Origin: Nemertoderma westbladi
Lineage: Eukaryota > Animalia > Xenacoelomorpha
Reading direction: 5' to 3'
Assembly (NCBI GenBank): GCA_032718475.1
Contig: JAUCBJ010008801.1
Coordinates: 1-32,839 of the forward strand
Length of the DNA: 32,839 nucleotides
This document shows, one piece after another, positions 14,801 to 25,039 of this stretch (the first letter of the stretch is position 1; every line of letters begins with the position of its first letter). The notes under the pieces were generated by a model. It had not been told where the DNA came from and searched no databases. It saw only the letters and a list, made by a program, of their open reading frames with translations. The translations under genes and the position numbers were made by a program.

Positions 14801-16788
14801 AAACAGTTCCAACTGCTCGCGAACGACCTTTGGTGTAATTTCTTCAGAATCAAGTCCGAATTCATCGCATGTCTGAGAAATACAAACTTTCTTTATAAAC
14901 TACAATAAAATACAAACTTTCTTTATAAACTACAATAAAATACAAACTTTCTTTATATACTACAATAAAATACAAACTTTCTTTATAAACTACAATAAAA
15001 TACAAACTTTCAAACTTTCTGACAGTTTGGGTCTATACTATATCATTATTATATCACATTAACATATAATCCCAAGGAACAAATAATTGCAAATATTTAC
15101 CTGAAGTTTATAACTTACCCTGGCTCGTTCATTTATAAACTGTTGCCCGGTAACCATGAGCTGATCGTAGAGGTCTATCATATTCTGCCAACGATCTCTC
15201 CATTGTCTGTGAGTCAACTCAATGTGTTTCGCATCTAAACTTACATTCTCGAGCTTCAAAAGTCCATCAAGGAAATTCATTTCGACGTGAAGCTATAAAT
15301 AATAATAATAAGGTAAGGTATTGGTTGATCATACCAATCCGTATGTCGCAAATCCGACGTAATATAATGAAATTCCGCATACAGCACCCATAAACCGACC
15401 TGTAATATAATCCTATGAAAGTCAGCATACAGCTCTCCCAACCGAATTCTTTGATCAACATGATGACTAAGTTTCAACCATTCTCCTCTCAATTGCTCCA
15501 CTTTGTTTTCTACCAACTGTAAGTCTTTGTCGCCACTTATTGCCATTGATTCCACCATCTGGCACATACCATCAAGATCGGTGCCTCTGGCCTAAAATGC
15601 GCGGAAATCGTTTAATAAATATCGGTATACAGTATATATAATTTAACTTTTGATATGATTTTAGATATAAAGCTCATATTCATACTTTCTGTATTTGGGA
15701 ACAATACATTTAAAATAAATATTACATGTATGTACACCATGTCCTGGAATATAGAGTCGTAATTCAGTGACAACCCCCACCCCCCCCAGAAATTTTTCTA
15801 CAAATTTAGAAGAGATTGCATGAAATTTGAAACATAGATAGTTTCATCTCCCGCCTCCTTACTGGGTGAGTCAGAATTTATATTTTCGCTTTCAATCTTT
15901 AGCTATCATCGTGTCTCCCGCGATAAACCGCATCAGTTGCAATATAAGTTATTCAATAATCTTAATGTGATTTGTTGTTAGAAATCTAGCCCTGTAAGGA
16001 TTCCAAAGTTGCATGGTTTTGCACATGCACAAGGCTATTTTATTCTATTTATTAAATATATATACCATGACTTTTATATTATAAAAAAATGCATTTTTCC
16101 ATATGCTTTTACTATTCCTCGAAAATGCGGATTAAAAGTCGGCCAAAATTGTGTTACTTTCTTTTTGTAAAAGAAACAGTTTTATTAATACGAAATTATT
16201 ACATGACTCTGAATGAACAACTCTAAAGCAAATGTAGCAAAAAATTTATTGGCCACCGGAGAGAATCGAACCCCAGATGTGATAACCGATCTGATTGCTG
16301 ACCTGGAGACTCTAATAAGAATTACCAAGTCGTATAATCTAGCACTTTATATGATTACAGTTCTATTCTCTAATATAATCTTGCTCTAAATTTTACGACG
16401 TCATTCACTGTCATTGTAATCATGTAAAGTCTTAGAATACAAGTAAATAATAATTATTGTACGACTGATGATTGATTTAATGATAGGCTTTGGGACATTA
16501 TTTGGGAACCTACGCGTAGGTCGTCTCTTAGACGTTGGTGGTCTTCCAGGAAATCCCTTGCGGAGGCCAAGTCTAGACCCATGTCGCCCCTAGCAACAAG
16601 GAAGGCCTGCCCCACGTTAACTAGCCACGTGGTTACCAGACTGTACTTCTCATCCCAAGCGATGTAGAGAGTAGATCGCTGTTTCCTGTCCGCTTTGCAG
16701 TGACTCCCGAGTTCGGCGCAACGACTTTGTAACATTTCGACTCCTCGGCGGATACCGTTCGCGCCGGGAGAGTCGTAGCCAACTCGCT
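2715..16788 (-). CDS. Titin-family spectrin-repeat + I-set Ig protein (sallimus/zormin/CCDC141-like), 21 exons, partial
   Basis: Hand-spliced GT-AG exons join in one frame (4164 nt, about 1388 codons): 16788-16514, 15591-15400, 15292-15119, 14872-14691, 14529-14400, 14276-14088, 13828-13652, 13452-13177, 12733-12542, 12301-12118, 11915-11694, 11527-11303, 11029-10886, 10701-10555, 10327-10159, 9938-9522, 9042-8878, 4651-4530, 4257-3970, 3668-3508, 2847-2715. The N-terminal part is helical with spectrin-like W residues. It is followed by 7 Ig domains with PxF, GxPxPxVxWxKDG and DxGxYxC motifs. Confidence 0.9.
2935..3168 (+). mobile_element. MITE-like family A, copy 1
   Basis: About 230 bp, homologous to 8191-8360, 19297-19493 and (reverse) 17430-17663. 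Confidence 0.75.
3508..3668 (-). CDS. titin-like exon, N-terminal half of Ig7
   Basis: EPKVAPRFTAQLRD...VTGSPKPEVEWQKDG; splice phases match both neighbours. Confidence 0.9.
3970..4257 (-). CDS. titin-like exon, Ig6
   Basis: SPRFIVPL...FTCLVSALPRPTVQWFHDG...SAGTYRVVATN. Confidence 0.9.
4530..4651 (-). CDS. titin-like exon, C-terminal half of Ig5
   Basis: FGKNVSLVLREAKRSDEGTYSVKATNPAGQKVSGCRVTVR; phase-2 acceptor matches the donor at 8878. Confidence 0.88.
5374..7797 (-). CDS. FANCB: Fanconi anemia group B protein homolog, intronless, nested in the titin-like intron
   Basis: 807-aa ATG ORF. Ordered motifs match FANCB as recalled: CRELLDKSTG, DGPLLFWK, VPQVYAGTV, VLNSGSGDSYLIVS, GDFCNPFWDQLLLV, then a central coiled coil. 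Confidence 0.85.
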   Translation of the reverse strand: MEPAIRPPPRIFSLSNSNQLVRLSSNVSPTSTDSDSVSSRFTFAETRYIPGTEPTFSQPKTIRTIKLYGRVDVINCRELLDKSTGLRNIYLHLQQHSQTDSERKSTKPNVRKPQADIIQHLLLIDSATGGDKQVLKFGMTFPLLPVNNCLLADGPLLFWKTSNTFYFITASGISTGRRHTRYEHGDAFKTLLDIRLSPDFTEYILTGVRAHPDFSTSVSRLAFTVSEGPDGFRLVLDPDVPQVYAGTVVSYKRCADPLTDEECVFIGTSSRQVVECRERRVIRFAQLDIIPYRIDVLNSGSGDSYLIVSESRDVTDPAINGTVSTFATTDDVTNCCYSITVLLRKDFSVVRVFTDVASYYLGDFCNPFWDQLLLVKGNSFPPNKFVVVDMELIHEGSCERLESAPNKPDGDLLRGKIDEFRKKLDELKLLRNGKEQTLIHLCKYMSLQSWSPRHRYTDTQVVSLTANVPQSSTHCPPTPTRPLSVDWLANYTASSPPRWVAHCKLRVHLHDIVNCSLSAVLLNDNNNSCQYSESVITGLLPFDALVTVNKSYDVFLALHLDFRTCLFPLKVALICRWENKSTVVEKSSQQSSLTVGTISLDLPEFLDSKLSVQNIQERFLKSSLLDFTQPEFVLSISSATLPSHSVVTTLKESLEPCELSDRGFSVPTGHSHPLAGCRITSLNSTVHSSLIKVNVNNPSQAALLIQLLCNNTTADVGFNLVPDIVGLNETVSDLCERFSVRLKSLLTSYLDSLNNLLPSESDVVCIGSPATTVVPRAKYIQCTKSIIRCYIDGLILSINLSDLNSYH
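8191..8360 (+). mobile_element. MITE-like family A, truncated copy
   Basis: Shares caaataacagctgattact...aaaataaaactgtaacctgttctattg with copy 1. Confidence 0.7.
8446..8674. mobile_element. MITE-like inverted-repeat element
   Basis: Ends TGGTGGCACTGAAG / CTTCCGTGCCACCA; internal arms tctcagaattaaaaaa / tttttaattctgaga. Confidence 0.6.
8878..9042 (-). CDS. titin-like exon, N-terminal half of Ig5
   Basis: ANVAPSFTDQLRDLVIDEGDRISLTVGVTGKPDPDIQWFFND. Confidence 0.9.
9522..9938 (-). CDS. titin-like exon, end of Ig3 plus Ig4
   Basis: DSGLFVCRASNPHG...PPEFATRV...TGIPSPNIVWFKN...DGGNYTCQAKN. Confidence 0.92.
10159..10327 (-). CDS. titin-like exon, N-terminal half of Ig3
   Basis: EPPVFVRELRSIDVDDGGFLMLEAEVHGSPAPSVVWTKDG. 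Confidence 0.9.
10555..10701 (-). CDS. titin-like exon, C-terminal half of Ig2
   Basis: HRLTINQVRPDDKGLYWCKAKNIA. Confidence 0.9.
10886..11029 (-). CDS. titin-like exon, N-terminal half of Ig2
   Basis: PPVFTIPLRDYHVNENDRLTLEVKVNGFPEPTVSWMKE. Confidence 0.9.
11303..11527 (-). CDS. titin-like exon, Ig1
   Basis: FDCEVHADPDPEVVWSKDG...HLGKYEFRAKNPAG. Confidence 0.9.
11694..11915 (-). CDS. titin-like exon, spectrin-to-Ig linker
   Basis: GQQALIHYQP...APSIETPLTDCHVLDGGRA; phase 1/1. Confidence 0.85.
12118..16788 (-). CDS. titin-like gene, ten spectrin-repeat-like exons
   Basis: Exons 12118-12301, 12542-12733, 13177-13452, 13652-13828, 14088-14276, 14400-14529, 14691-14872, 15119-15292, 15400-15591, 16514-16788. 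Amphipathic helices such as VTTWLVNVGQAFL, MGLDLASARDFLEDHQRL and LQAAVEYFRLVDECNRWW. Confidence 0.85.
14878..15010. repeat. 30-bp tandem repeat, about 4.3 copies
   Basis: TACAAACTTTCTTTATAAACTACAATAAAA repeated next to the exon acceptor at 14873. Confidence 0.95.
15790..16058 (+). mobile_element. Dispersed repeat family B, solo arm
   Basis: Homologous to 27112-27442 (aatttttctacaaat...cgctttcaatctttagcta...gttgcatggttttgcac...ggctattttattctattta). Confidence 0.7.
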
Positions 16789-17064
16789 CTGCAAGAAAAT
16801 AGTAAATATGAAGGTGAATGATTATATGGCAATAAAGTATTGGTTTAATAATATTAGACCGAGGAGAAACAAACAACGAAATCGAGATTGTAAATAATTA
16901 AAATAAAGCTATTGGTGAACGAGTAAAATACGAAATACCAAAGGCAACTCTAAGTCTCCTCTCTCTTGGCTGTTACCTATAAGGCGGAGAAGACACTAAC
17001 GCCCAAGGTTGAACACTCCGTAAATATCCAACCCGTTTCCCCAGCAACCCGTTTCCGTTACTCC

Positions 17065-17181
17065 CCCAGCAGAAGTCAGGTTGGCATATAGCTGCGTTGT
17101 CGTAACATTTACGAAATTGTAACAGGCTCGGAACGGGATTGAACCCGGGACTTAGCTAGAAGCAATGCGATTAACCACTCC
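17065..17181 (-). mobile_element. tRNA-derived SINE-like remnant
   Basis: The minus strand reads GAGTGGTTAA...GGGTTCAATCCC (A/B-box-like), then CCAACCTGACTTCTG, which is nearly identical to a block at about 25363. Confidence 0.5.
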
Positions 17182-17429
17182 AATAAAATATATTCAAATT
17201 GAATAAACAGCCAAATTTATTGGAATATTCTTATAAAAAATGAAATAAAGGACTCATTTATTACAACATTACACAACAGACGAGGACCGAACAAACAAGG
17301 AAGCACAGACTGTACCGAAGACTGTCTTAGAAGACTATAAATGGAAACCCACAAACCCAAAATAATAATTACTCCACTTGTGATCATGATAATGTTGAAT
17401 TTGTAATATAATCATCACGAAGTGAGACA

Positions 17430-17663
17430 GGGGGAAACTGGACGCAAATCCCATCTTGGCGAATTAATACCCCGACTCAATGTTAAATTCTAAATTTAGG
17501 GAAAGGAGCAGGATACAGTGGCACGTTACTTTAACCAAAACAATAAACTAAACACAATAGAGCAGGATACAATTTTATTTTTGAGAATAATCAGCTGTTA
17601 TTTGCGTCAAATTTCCCCTGAAGAGGGATTAATTTTTATTGCGTCCAGTTTCCACCCTATCTG
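17430..17663 (-). mobile_element. MITE-like family A, copy with clear TIRs
   Basis: Ends GGAAACTGGACGCAA ... TTGCGTCCAGTTTCC; reverse complement of 2935-3168. Confidence 0.78.
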
Positions 17664-18355
17664 CACGACGTATAGTGTAATATAAATATAACCAACATAA
17701 TGCATCTGAAGTAAATATATTGTAGGCCTATAGTGTTCCTGGCGAGAAATTCCACATATTTCCACAGATTATTAAAAAATATTTATGGTTGCCATGGTAA
17801 CAAATCATATACCTATGATTGGTTGCAAAATTATTGTCAGTTGATCCTCAATTGAATTATTTTTAAATTGTTAACCATATATGATGAAACATTATAGGTT
17901 ACATTATTTTCTAATTACCTAAATTACAGGTGATCTCCTATTGATTCCAGTTCAATCCTGCGAGGCTGCGACTACTACAGTATGTCTTAAATGGAGAATA
18001 TATTTCTAATGCTTAGTTATTTTACAACATGGCAAGTAATACGGAAAGATTTCCAATATTACTGAAATTTCAACTAAGTATGACGCTGTATTTCTAATAC
18101 ATAGTTACCATATTAACCGGGTTTCAAAAAGTAGCCCATCCCGAATTAATTTTGAAGGCAAAGAGGTATATTACATTAGATTACCGGTACCGTTAAAACA
18201 TAGGCTAAACAACTTACTGTTCTGCTGAACCGGTTTCCCATGGTACTACAGTACTAGACTGCTAGACCTGCAGACTGCCTTAAATTCATAAACAATTACT
18301 GAATTTTACTACAGTACTATATTCCTGTATTCGGTTGAACGGGACTGACGGGATT

Positions 18356-18997
18356 ATGTTCCTGAAATTACATCTTACTACATTACCGAGGGGACCTACC
18401 GGTACTATTCGCAGTAATAGGACTTCCACGACCATTAAAGCTACAAGAATCCAATGCGATAAACTGGAATCCGTAAGAAGAATTTCGACAAATGTATTAC
18501 ACCGACTACCGGTACCCGGACTACCGGCCCGACCGTCAACCTTACATAACAGATATAATTTGGCAAGTAATCGGGATTGTTTCGGAGTTTTTATCGGCCA
18601 CAACGGTGGGAAACTATTAAGCACAACTGCTGACGATGCGGGTGATTCGTCGTCGAAACAAGCGTCAGCCGAGGACCGGTTTAAATCGATTGTTAACGAA
18701 CATAAAATCGTAATATTCATTAAGGGGGTCCCCGACGAACCCAGATGTGGATTCTCCAATGCTGTGCTTCAGGTTTTGCAAGTCCACGGTGTCAGCGATT
18801 TCGTAAGTTACAATGTCCTGGAAGACGACGAAATTCGCGAAGGTATCAAGAAGTATACGGGCTGGCCGACGATTCCTCAGGTTTTCTTTGGTGGAGAATT
18901 TATAGGAGGTTGCGATGTACTTATAGAGCTGCATCGTAGTGGTGACATTGTTAAAGAACTCGATAAGATTGGAATTACATCGAGAATAGTTCCTTGA
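18356..18997 (+). CDS. GLRX5: Monothiol glutaredoxin 5, mitochondrial, intronless
   Basis: First in-frame ATG at 18356 gives 213 aa. Motifs KGVPDEPRCGFS, WPTIPQ and GGCD; the Arg/Thr-rich N-terminus resembles a transit peptide. Confidence 0.93.
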   Translation: MFLKLHLTTLPRGPTGTIRSNRTSTTIKATRIQCDKLESVRRISTNVLHRLPVPGLPARPSTLHNRYNLASNRDCFGVFIGHNGGKLLSTTADDAGDSSSKQASAEDRFKSIVNEHKIVIFIKGVPDEPRCGFSNAVLQVLQVHGVSDFVSYNVLEDDEIREGIKKYTGWPTIPQVFFGGEFIGGCDVLIELHRSGDIVKELDKIGITSRIVP

Positions 18998-19296
18998 CTT
19001 TATTCATTGATCTATATTTGCATTTCATATTAATGTTGTTTGGTGAATTTGCTAAAATTTATTAGTATAATTTATAAAAATACGGTATGTCTTTCAATTT
19101 GCTAAGAAAAACCATCACTTTTAATAATATTTTTCAACTATTATCTCGTGATGTAACAGGTCTTCATTAGCTGTAACCGGTCCTGCTCGCGTATAGGATC
19201 TAACTCGACGCTGAATAATTTATTAAGACACAAACAATTATGGTAGACAGACAGACCTACTTGTGTGTGATAATATTTTTAAATACAAATGAAATG

Positions 19297-19493
19297 GGAG
19301 ACTTTCGACGTAATAAAAATTCATCCCTCTCCAGGGGAAATTCGACGCAAATAACATCTGATTACTTTTAAAAATGAAACTGTCACCTGTTCTATTCCTG
19401 TTCTCTTGCCACTCTAACCTGCACCTTTCCCTACAGTGAGAATTTAACTCTGAGACGAAATATAAATTCGGCGAGATGGGATTTGAGTCCAGT
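19297..19493 (+). mobile_element. MITE-like family A, internally deleted copy
   Basis: Shares ccctctccagggg.aattcgacgcaaataac and atgggatttg.gtccagt with copy 1. Confidence 0.7.
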
Positions 19494-19651
19494 CCTACAC
19501 TACACTACCCAATTATAAATCACACGTCAATTTTCCATGGCTGGACCTATTTCCTTTTAAGCTTCAAGAGCAGCCCCCCCCCCCCCCATTAAACCATATA
19601 ATATACTATGTAGTAGGGCAAAATTGTATTGTACACAACCAATCCAATAGA

Positions 19652-20505
19652 GTTCACTCAGTTAAGGCACAACTCACCTAATAGGATGTGCCCCTCTCTT
19701 AGAGAGGGCTAGGTTCACTCAGTTAAGGCACAACTCACCTAATAGGATGTGCCCCTCTCTTAGAGAGGGCTAGGTTCACTCAGTTAAGGCACAACTCACC
19801 TAATAGGATGTGCCCCTCTCTTAGAGAGGGCTAGGTTCACTCAGTTAAGGCACAACTCACCTAATAGGATGTGCCCCTCTCTTAGAGAGGGCTAGGTTCA
19901 CTCAGTTAAGGCACAACTCCCCTAATAGGATGTGCCCATCTCAAGGAGCGGGTTAGGTTCACTCAGTTAAGTCACAACTCCCCTAATAGGTTGTGCCCCT
20001 CTGTTAGAGAGGGCTAGGTTCACTCAGTTAAGGCACAACTCACCTAATAGGATGTGCCCCTCTCTTAGAGAGGGCTAGGTTCACTCAGTTAAGGCACAAC
20101 TCACCTAATAGGATGTGCCCCTCTCTTAGAGAGGGCTAGGTTCACTCAGTTAAGGCACAACTCACCTAATAGGATGTGCCCCTCTCTTAGAGAGGGCTAG
20201 GTTCACTCAGTTAAGGCACAACTCACCTAATAGGATGTGCCCCTCTCTTAGAGAGGGCTAGGTTCACTCAGTTAAGGCACAACTCCCCTAATAGGATGTG
20301 CCCATCTCAAGGAGCGGGTTAGGTTCACTCAGTTAAGTCACAACTCCCCTAATAGGTTGTGCCCCTCTGTTAGAGAGGGCTAGGTTCACTCAGTTAAGGC
20401 ACAACTCACCTAATAGGATGTGCCCCTCTCTTAGAGAGGGCTAGGTTCACTCAGTTAAGGCACAACTCACCTAATAGGATGTGCCCTTCCCTTAGAGCGG
20501 GTGTG
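19652..20505. repeat. 61-bp satellite, 14 units, with higher-order structure
   Basis: Unit GTTCACTCAGTTAAGGCACAACTCACCTAATAGGATGTGCCCCTCTCTTAGAGAGGGCTAG; variants ordered AAAABC AAAABC A A'. Confidence 0.97.
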
Positions 20506-21633
20506 GTTGACTCGGTCAATGCCTGAGCTAACTTAGCGAAGCGTTCTGCAATCCCAGGGGTTCCCGGTTCAAATGTTTTAGTTGTTGACGCTATCTGCTG
20601 ATCTATTTCCTCCAACCGTATTAGTGCCTAAGGAATATTAAAAAATGATGTTATTAGTGTGATAATGAATGATATTTCTACAATAATCATTTTTCGAAGT
20701 GCGGTTTTACAATCTGTAATAAAACAACCATATGACCTCAGCAGTTCTCAGTAAATGTCTTCGCACCTTCAGTTTTTACCGTTGAATTTCACTTCCACGG
20801 CCGCGCTTTACGCGGCCAATTCATGTCATTTAATTCAAACCACTCCCGGTTGAAGTTAGTGGTCATGCATGGTGAGGGTGTGAACTGTGTTTTTTATAGA
20901 TTGCCTGATTTTGGTGAGTCACCGTTGCCCAAGTAACTGTATTCTCACACACCATTGGGTGAGTATTCCCACACCACCACCGTAGCATTTACCACAGTGG
21001 AATCGCTAATGAATTGAATATATTGCAGAGCGTTCCAATCAAATACGCTACTGAGTACAGAACAACACATAAATCCTCAGTTGAACGGTAATGACCCCGT
21101 TACGCCCTCTCCTACAGAATAAGTAGAACTTATTATTTTTCTTCATAATATCGTTTGTTCTCAGTCCATACCACAGGTTTAGTATAATTAGTTCAGCTTC
21201 TGTGAATTCAGTAGCGGCAATTATTACCGCAATCTACTACGTTTTCAAAGAAACTTCACTCGTAATCACATGACTACAATGGTCGGGTGATGGGGGATGG
21301 AAATCTCCATCTTGTGTAACCAGACAAAAAGACTCCACTGTACGCATGAACTCTAAAGTGGCGCCGCAATTCTCTTTGTAACATATGTGAGTTTGTGTTG
21401 CAGTATTTGTTGCTTCTGGTCAAGACAATGAAATACCATGCAATTGTAATTTTTTTAATAAAAAATAAAACAAGGAAATTAATCCAAACACCAGATTGCC
21501 GGATATTACGTCAAACTGACAAGATATTATATAACAATTGTAACTATAATTAAAAATCTCATAATGCGATAAAAATATATAACATTAAATTCCATAAAAT
21601 AAAAATTAGTATATACGCGAAGATTTTATAAAG

Positions 21634-23314
21634 ATGGCGAAGTTAGCCGTGTTCCTAGTTCTGTTTGCGTTGGTTGTCTTTATGGACCAGCCTTCCGTTG
21701 TATCATCGGGTCTAGTAAGTTAATTAATTATGTTCAAATAGAGGTATAGTCGTTAATTTTGATATCACCAACAAGCTTTGTAGATTTCGTTGATAAATGT
21801 CAGAAATATACGGTGGATGAAAGCTACCGAAATAATTTACTGCTTTATACTTTTGACCAGCAAGTTATCTCTCTTAAATTTTTAACCTCATCATTGAACA
21901 CTGCATAGACAACTATTTTAAATATGTTGGAGATACAGTATTTGTACAGCAGAAAAATCATCAAAATGACACTATGGTCATGGTGACTTGAAATGTTATT
22001 ATTATTATATTATTATATATTATATATTTTTACAAGAAGGAAACAAGTTGATAAATGCACAAATGAATTAATCAAATATTGAATATACTGGCGCTGGGGG
22101 CCATAACCCTCTATCAAAAAAAGAAAATGGACAATAAAGTAAACACAAATGCAATTACTGAATGTAGAATGTTACTGAATGTACTGAATGTTATTGGAGA
22201 ATCACCCGGAGAATGCATCGCGCGACTATCCAATGAAATCATTTGGGTCTACCTTGATGTACATCGCATATAATAGGGCCTAGAATGTACAGTTGTATCG
22301 GAAGAAAGACCTTCCACAAGAATTGAATAACATCGGTTGTGTGTTTTCGATGTTGTGCGTAGGTTTTCGATGTTGTGCTAAGGTTTTCGATGTTGTGCTA
22401 AGGTTTTCGGTGTTGTGCGAAGGTATTCGATGTTGTGCTAAGGTTTTCGATGTTGTGCTAAGGTTTTCGATGTTGTGCTAAGGTTTTCGATGTTCTGCTA
22501 AGGTTTTCGGTGTTCTGCTAAGGTTTTCGGTGTTGTGCGAAGGTATTCGATGTTGTGCGAAGGTTTTCGATGTTGTGGGTAGTTTTTCGAGGTGTTTTGT
22601 AGTTTATTGATGTTGTGCGTAGGTTTTCGATGTTGTGGGTAGTTTTTCGAGGTGTTTTGTAGTTTATTGATGTTGTGCGTAGGTTTTCGATGTTGTGGGT
22701 AGTTTTTCGAGGTGTTTTGTAGTTTATTGATGTTGTGCGTAGGTTTTCGATGTTGTGCTAAGGTTTTCGATGTTGTGCTAAGGTTTTCGATGTTGTGCTA
22801 AGGTTTTCGATGTTGTGCTAAGGTTTTCGATGTTGTGCTAAGGTTTTCGATGTTGTGTTAAGGTTTTCGATGGATTGTGCTAAGGTTTTCGATGTTGTGC
22901 TAAGGTTTTCGATGTTGTGCTAAGGTTTTCGATGTTGTGCTAAGGTTTTCGATGTTGTGGGTAGTTTTTCGAGGTGTTTTGTAGTTTATTGATGTTGTGC
23001 GTAGGTTTTCGATGTTGTGGGTAGTTTTTCGAGGTGTTTTGTAGTTTATTGATGTTGTGCGTAGGTTTTCGATGTTGTGTGTAGTTTTTCGAAGTTCTTT
23101 TTCAACGTTTCATGAGGCTGACACGAAAGATGCAGGGCAGCTAGTTTATAGGTCTGAGGAACATTACAGCCGTTACTAAATAAATTATTTTATTTTGCAG
23201 GCGCGGTTGCGTCAGACATTCACGATCTGTCTAACGGCTGGAAGTGATTGTAACCCGGGTGCAGACCAGTGTTGTGGTGGTTGCGGTGGTAATAATAAGT
23301 GCAGCACTAACTAG
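21634..23314 (+). CDS. Secreted knottin (ICK) toxin-like peptide precursor 1; exons 21634-21714 and 23201-23314, 64 aa
   Basis: MAKLAVFLVLFALVVFMDQPSVVSSGL|ARLRQTFTICLTAGSDCNPGADQCCGGCGGNNKCSTN*. GTAAGT donor, ttttgcag acceptor, phase 0. Cys spacing C-X6-C-X6-CC-X2-C-X5-C. Confidence 0.88.
22337..23093. repeat. 20-bp minisatellite (about 38 units) in the knottin 1 intron
   Basis: (AGGTTTTCGATGTTGTGCTA)n with 60-bp higher-order blocks. Confidence 0.95.
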
Positions 23315-25039
23315 TGTCAATGTTGTTTATTCTCTGACAAGCGGCTTTGACAACGAAACTCCAACGAAACGAATAATATTTAATACTATATTATATTATG
23401 TAATAGTGGTGATGGTGTAAATATCTCAATAATTAACATTAATTATTTTTAACGCAGGGGAAACGTAGATGACGATGAATTATAATAATGAGGCGAAAAC
23501 ATATACGACCTTTCCTATAGAAAACATAAAAAAAAACTCTAATTAACTTTTACTAACGCATATTTGTAAAAACATATACTACCATGGCCTACTATATATA
23601 TATACGGCCTAAATGTTGTCGATTTGGCCTAAAAAAAAAGAGGCCAGTTTTTTTTACACTATTTTGATATGGGAGAGTTCTATAAATTTTCATTTGCTGC
23701 AATTTGGTCAACGGTCGTAATTGAAGCATCCTCGTTAAGTAAGATACACAATTTTATGGTATCTAGTGTTTTTGGTATAGGTTTAGCTAGTAATTTCAAC
23801 ACTGATTCCGACATCCTACTCCCTCTATAAATATTTTGTAGTAGCTAGTATATGTGGTATAGAGTCTGATTGGAGATGTGTTCATTGTTCTTGACACAAT
23901 AAACCCGGCGCAGCATTCTTGCATTCGGTATAGTAAAATAAAGTGATACTTTAGTTCATTAGCAATACTTAATTTCCCTCGATTAGTGATATAAAGACTT
24001 TCTATCAATAAAATATGTTGCAATATAGTATTCAGTTATAAACTATTTAATCATTTCGACAACGTAATGTGATAGTATAAAGGTCAAAAGGTCAAATTCA
24101 AATAAAGACTAAAATTTTGGAACTGGCGTATCTCTTTTTGCTCACATTAGACTGTAGTGGTCTCACCGATACAGCGGTCGAATTGGAACCTGGCTACAGC
24201 TGCGGAAGTAAAGATCAGTTACCGAGTGAGTAATTTACCCTTGGGTTGGTACATTTGTCGCCTTTGTTGTCATACATCCTTTGTAGATACCAACTCGTGA
24301 ACACTCTAACTCTTAAGTTGTATCCATCAGATCAGCTTGAAAGAAATTCCGATTGAGTGTTAAAGTAGAGGAAGTACAGATCTTATAAACTTTGGTAATT
24401 GTTGCCCAAGCTTTGGATCCATCATTTTCCTTTGGAGCCAATGTATGAGATTTGGATCCACGAGCCATCATGTCATTCCATCCATCGAGCAATTTTCAAA
24501 GTAGTAATTATTATAATGAAACACTGTAAGCCGCTTCCTTCAAACTAGGCAACGAAAAGTAAGACAACTAGTGACAGTAAACCCTTCCTACCAGTTAGTT
24601 GTGCGGCTATCAAATAACTTTAATTGATTTCGGCTCGGAATCCTCATCAATGGATAAGAACGTAACCGTTGACAAACCACCACCAGTTGCACCGAAGTCA
24701 AACAATTTTAAGAAAGCGATAAAAAAAAACTCCACTACACACATGGATACTTAGTAGAGTGGCGCCACCATTCTCTCTGTAACATATGCGCGTTTACGAT
24801 ACCAAATACATTAAAGACAATTACACAGTAATTTCCTATTATTTAACTGTGTAAAAGGGACCGCAGATTGGGCGAAATATCAAAGGAAAAGCTGTCACAT
24901 TGGTTTATATAATCACAACGTTTATCGAATTCAAACATTTCGAAGGATTTTTATTTTAATGTTGCAATAAAAAGACACTATTATTCAATAAATAAACAAT
25001 AGCCATATTGCCTTGTTTGTATACAAACATTTTAGAAAG

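Noticed and set aside
16252-16290. tRNA-like GGTTCGATTC on the minus strand (also near 24170-24240)
   Set aside because: No full cloverleaf; probably SINE debris
18335-18355. GLRX5 start as given by the ORF track
   Set aside because: That codon is TTG; the first ATG is at 18356
19652-20505. CRISPR-like array with a palindrome
   Set aside because: The units are contiguous with no unique spacers, there are no cas genes, and the context is eukaryotic
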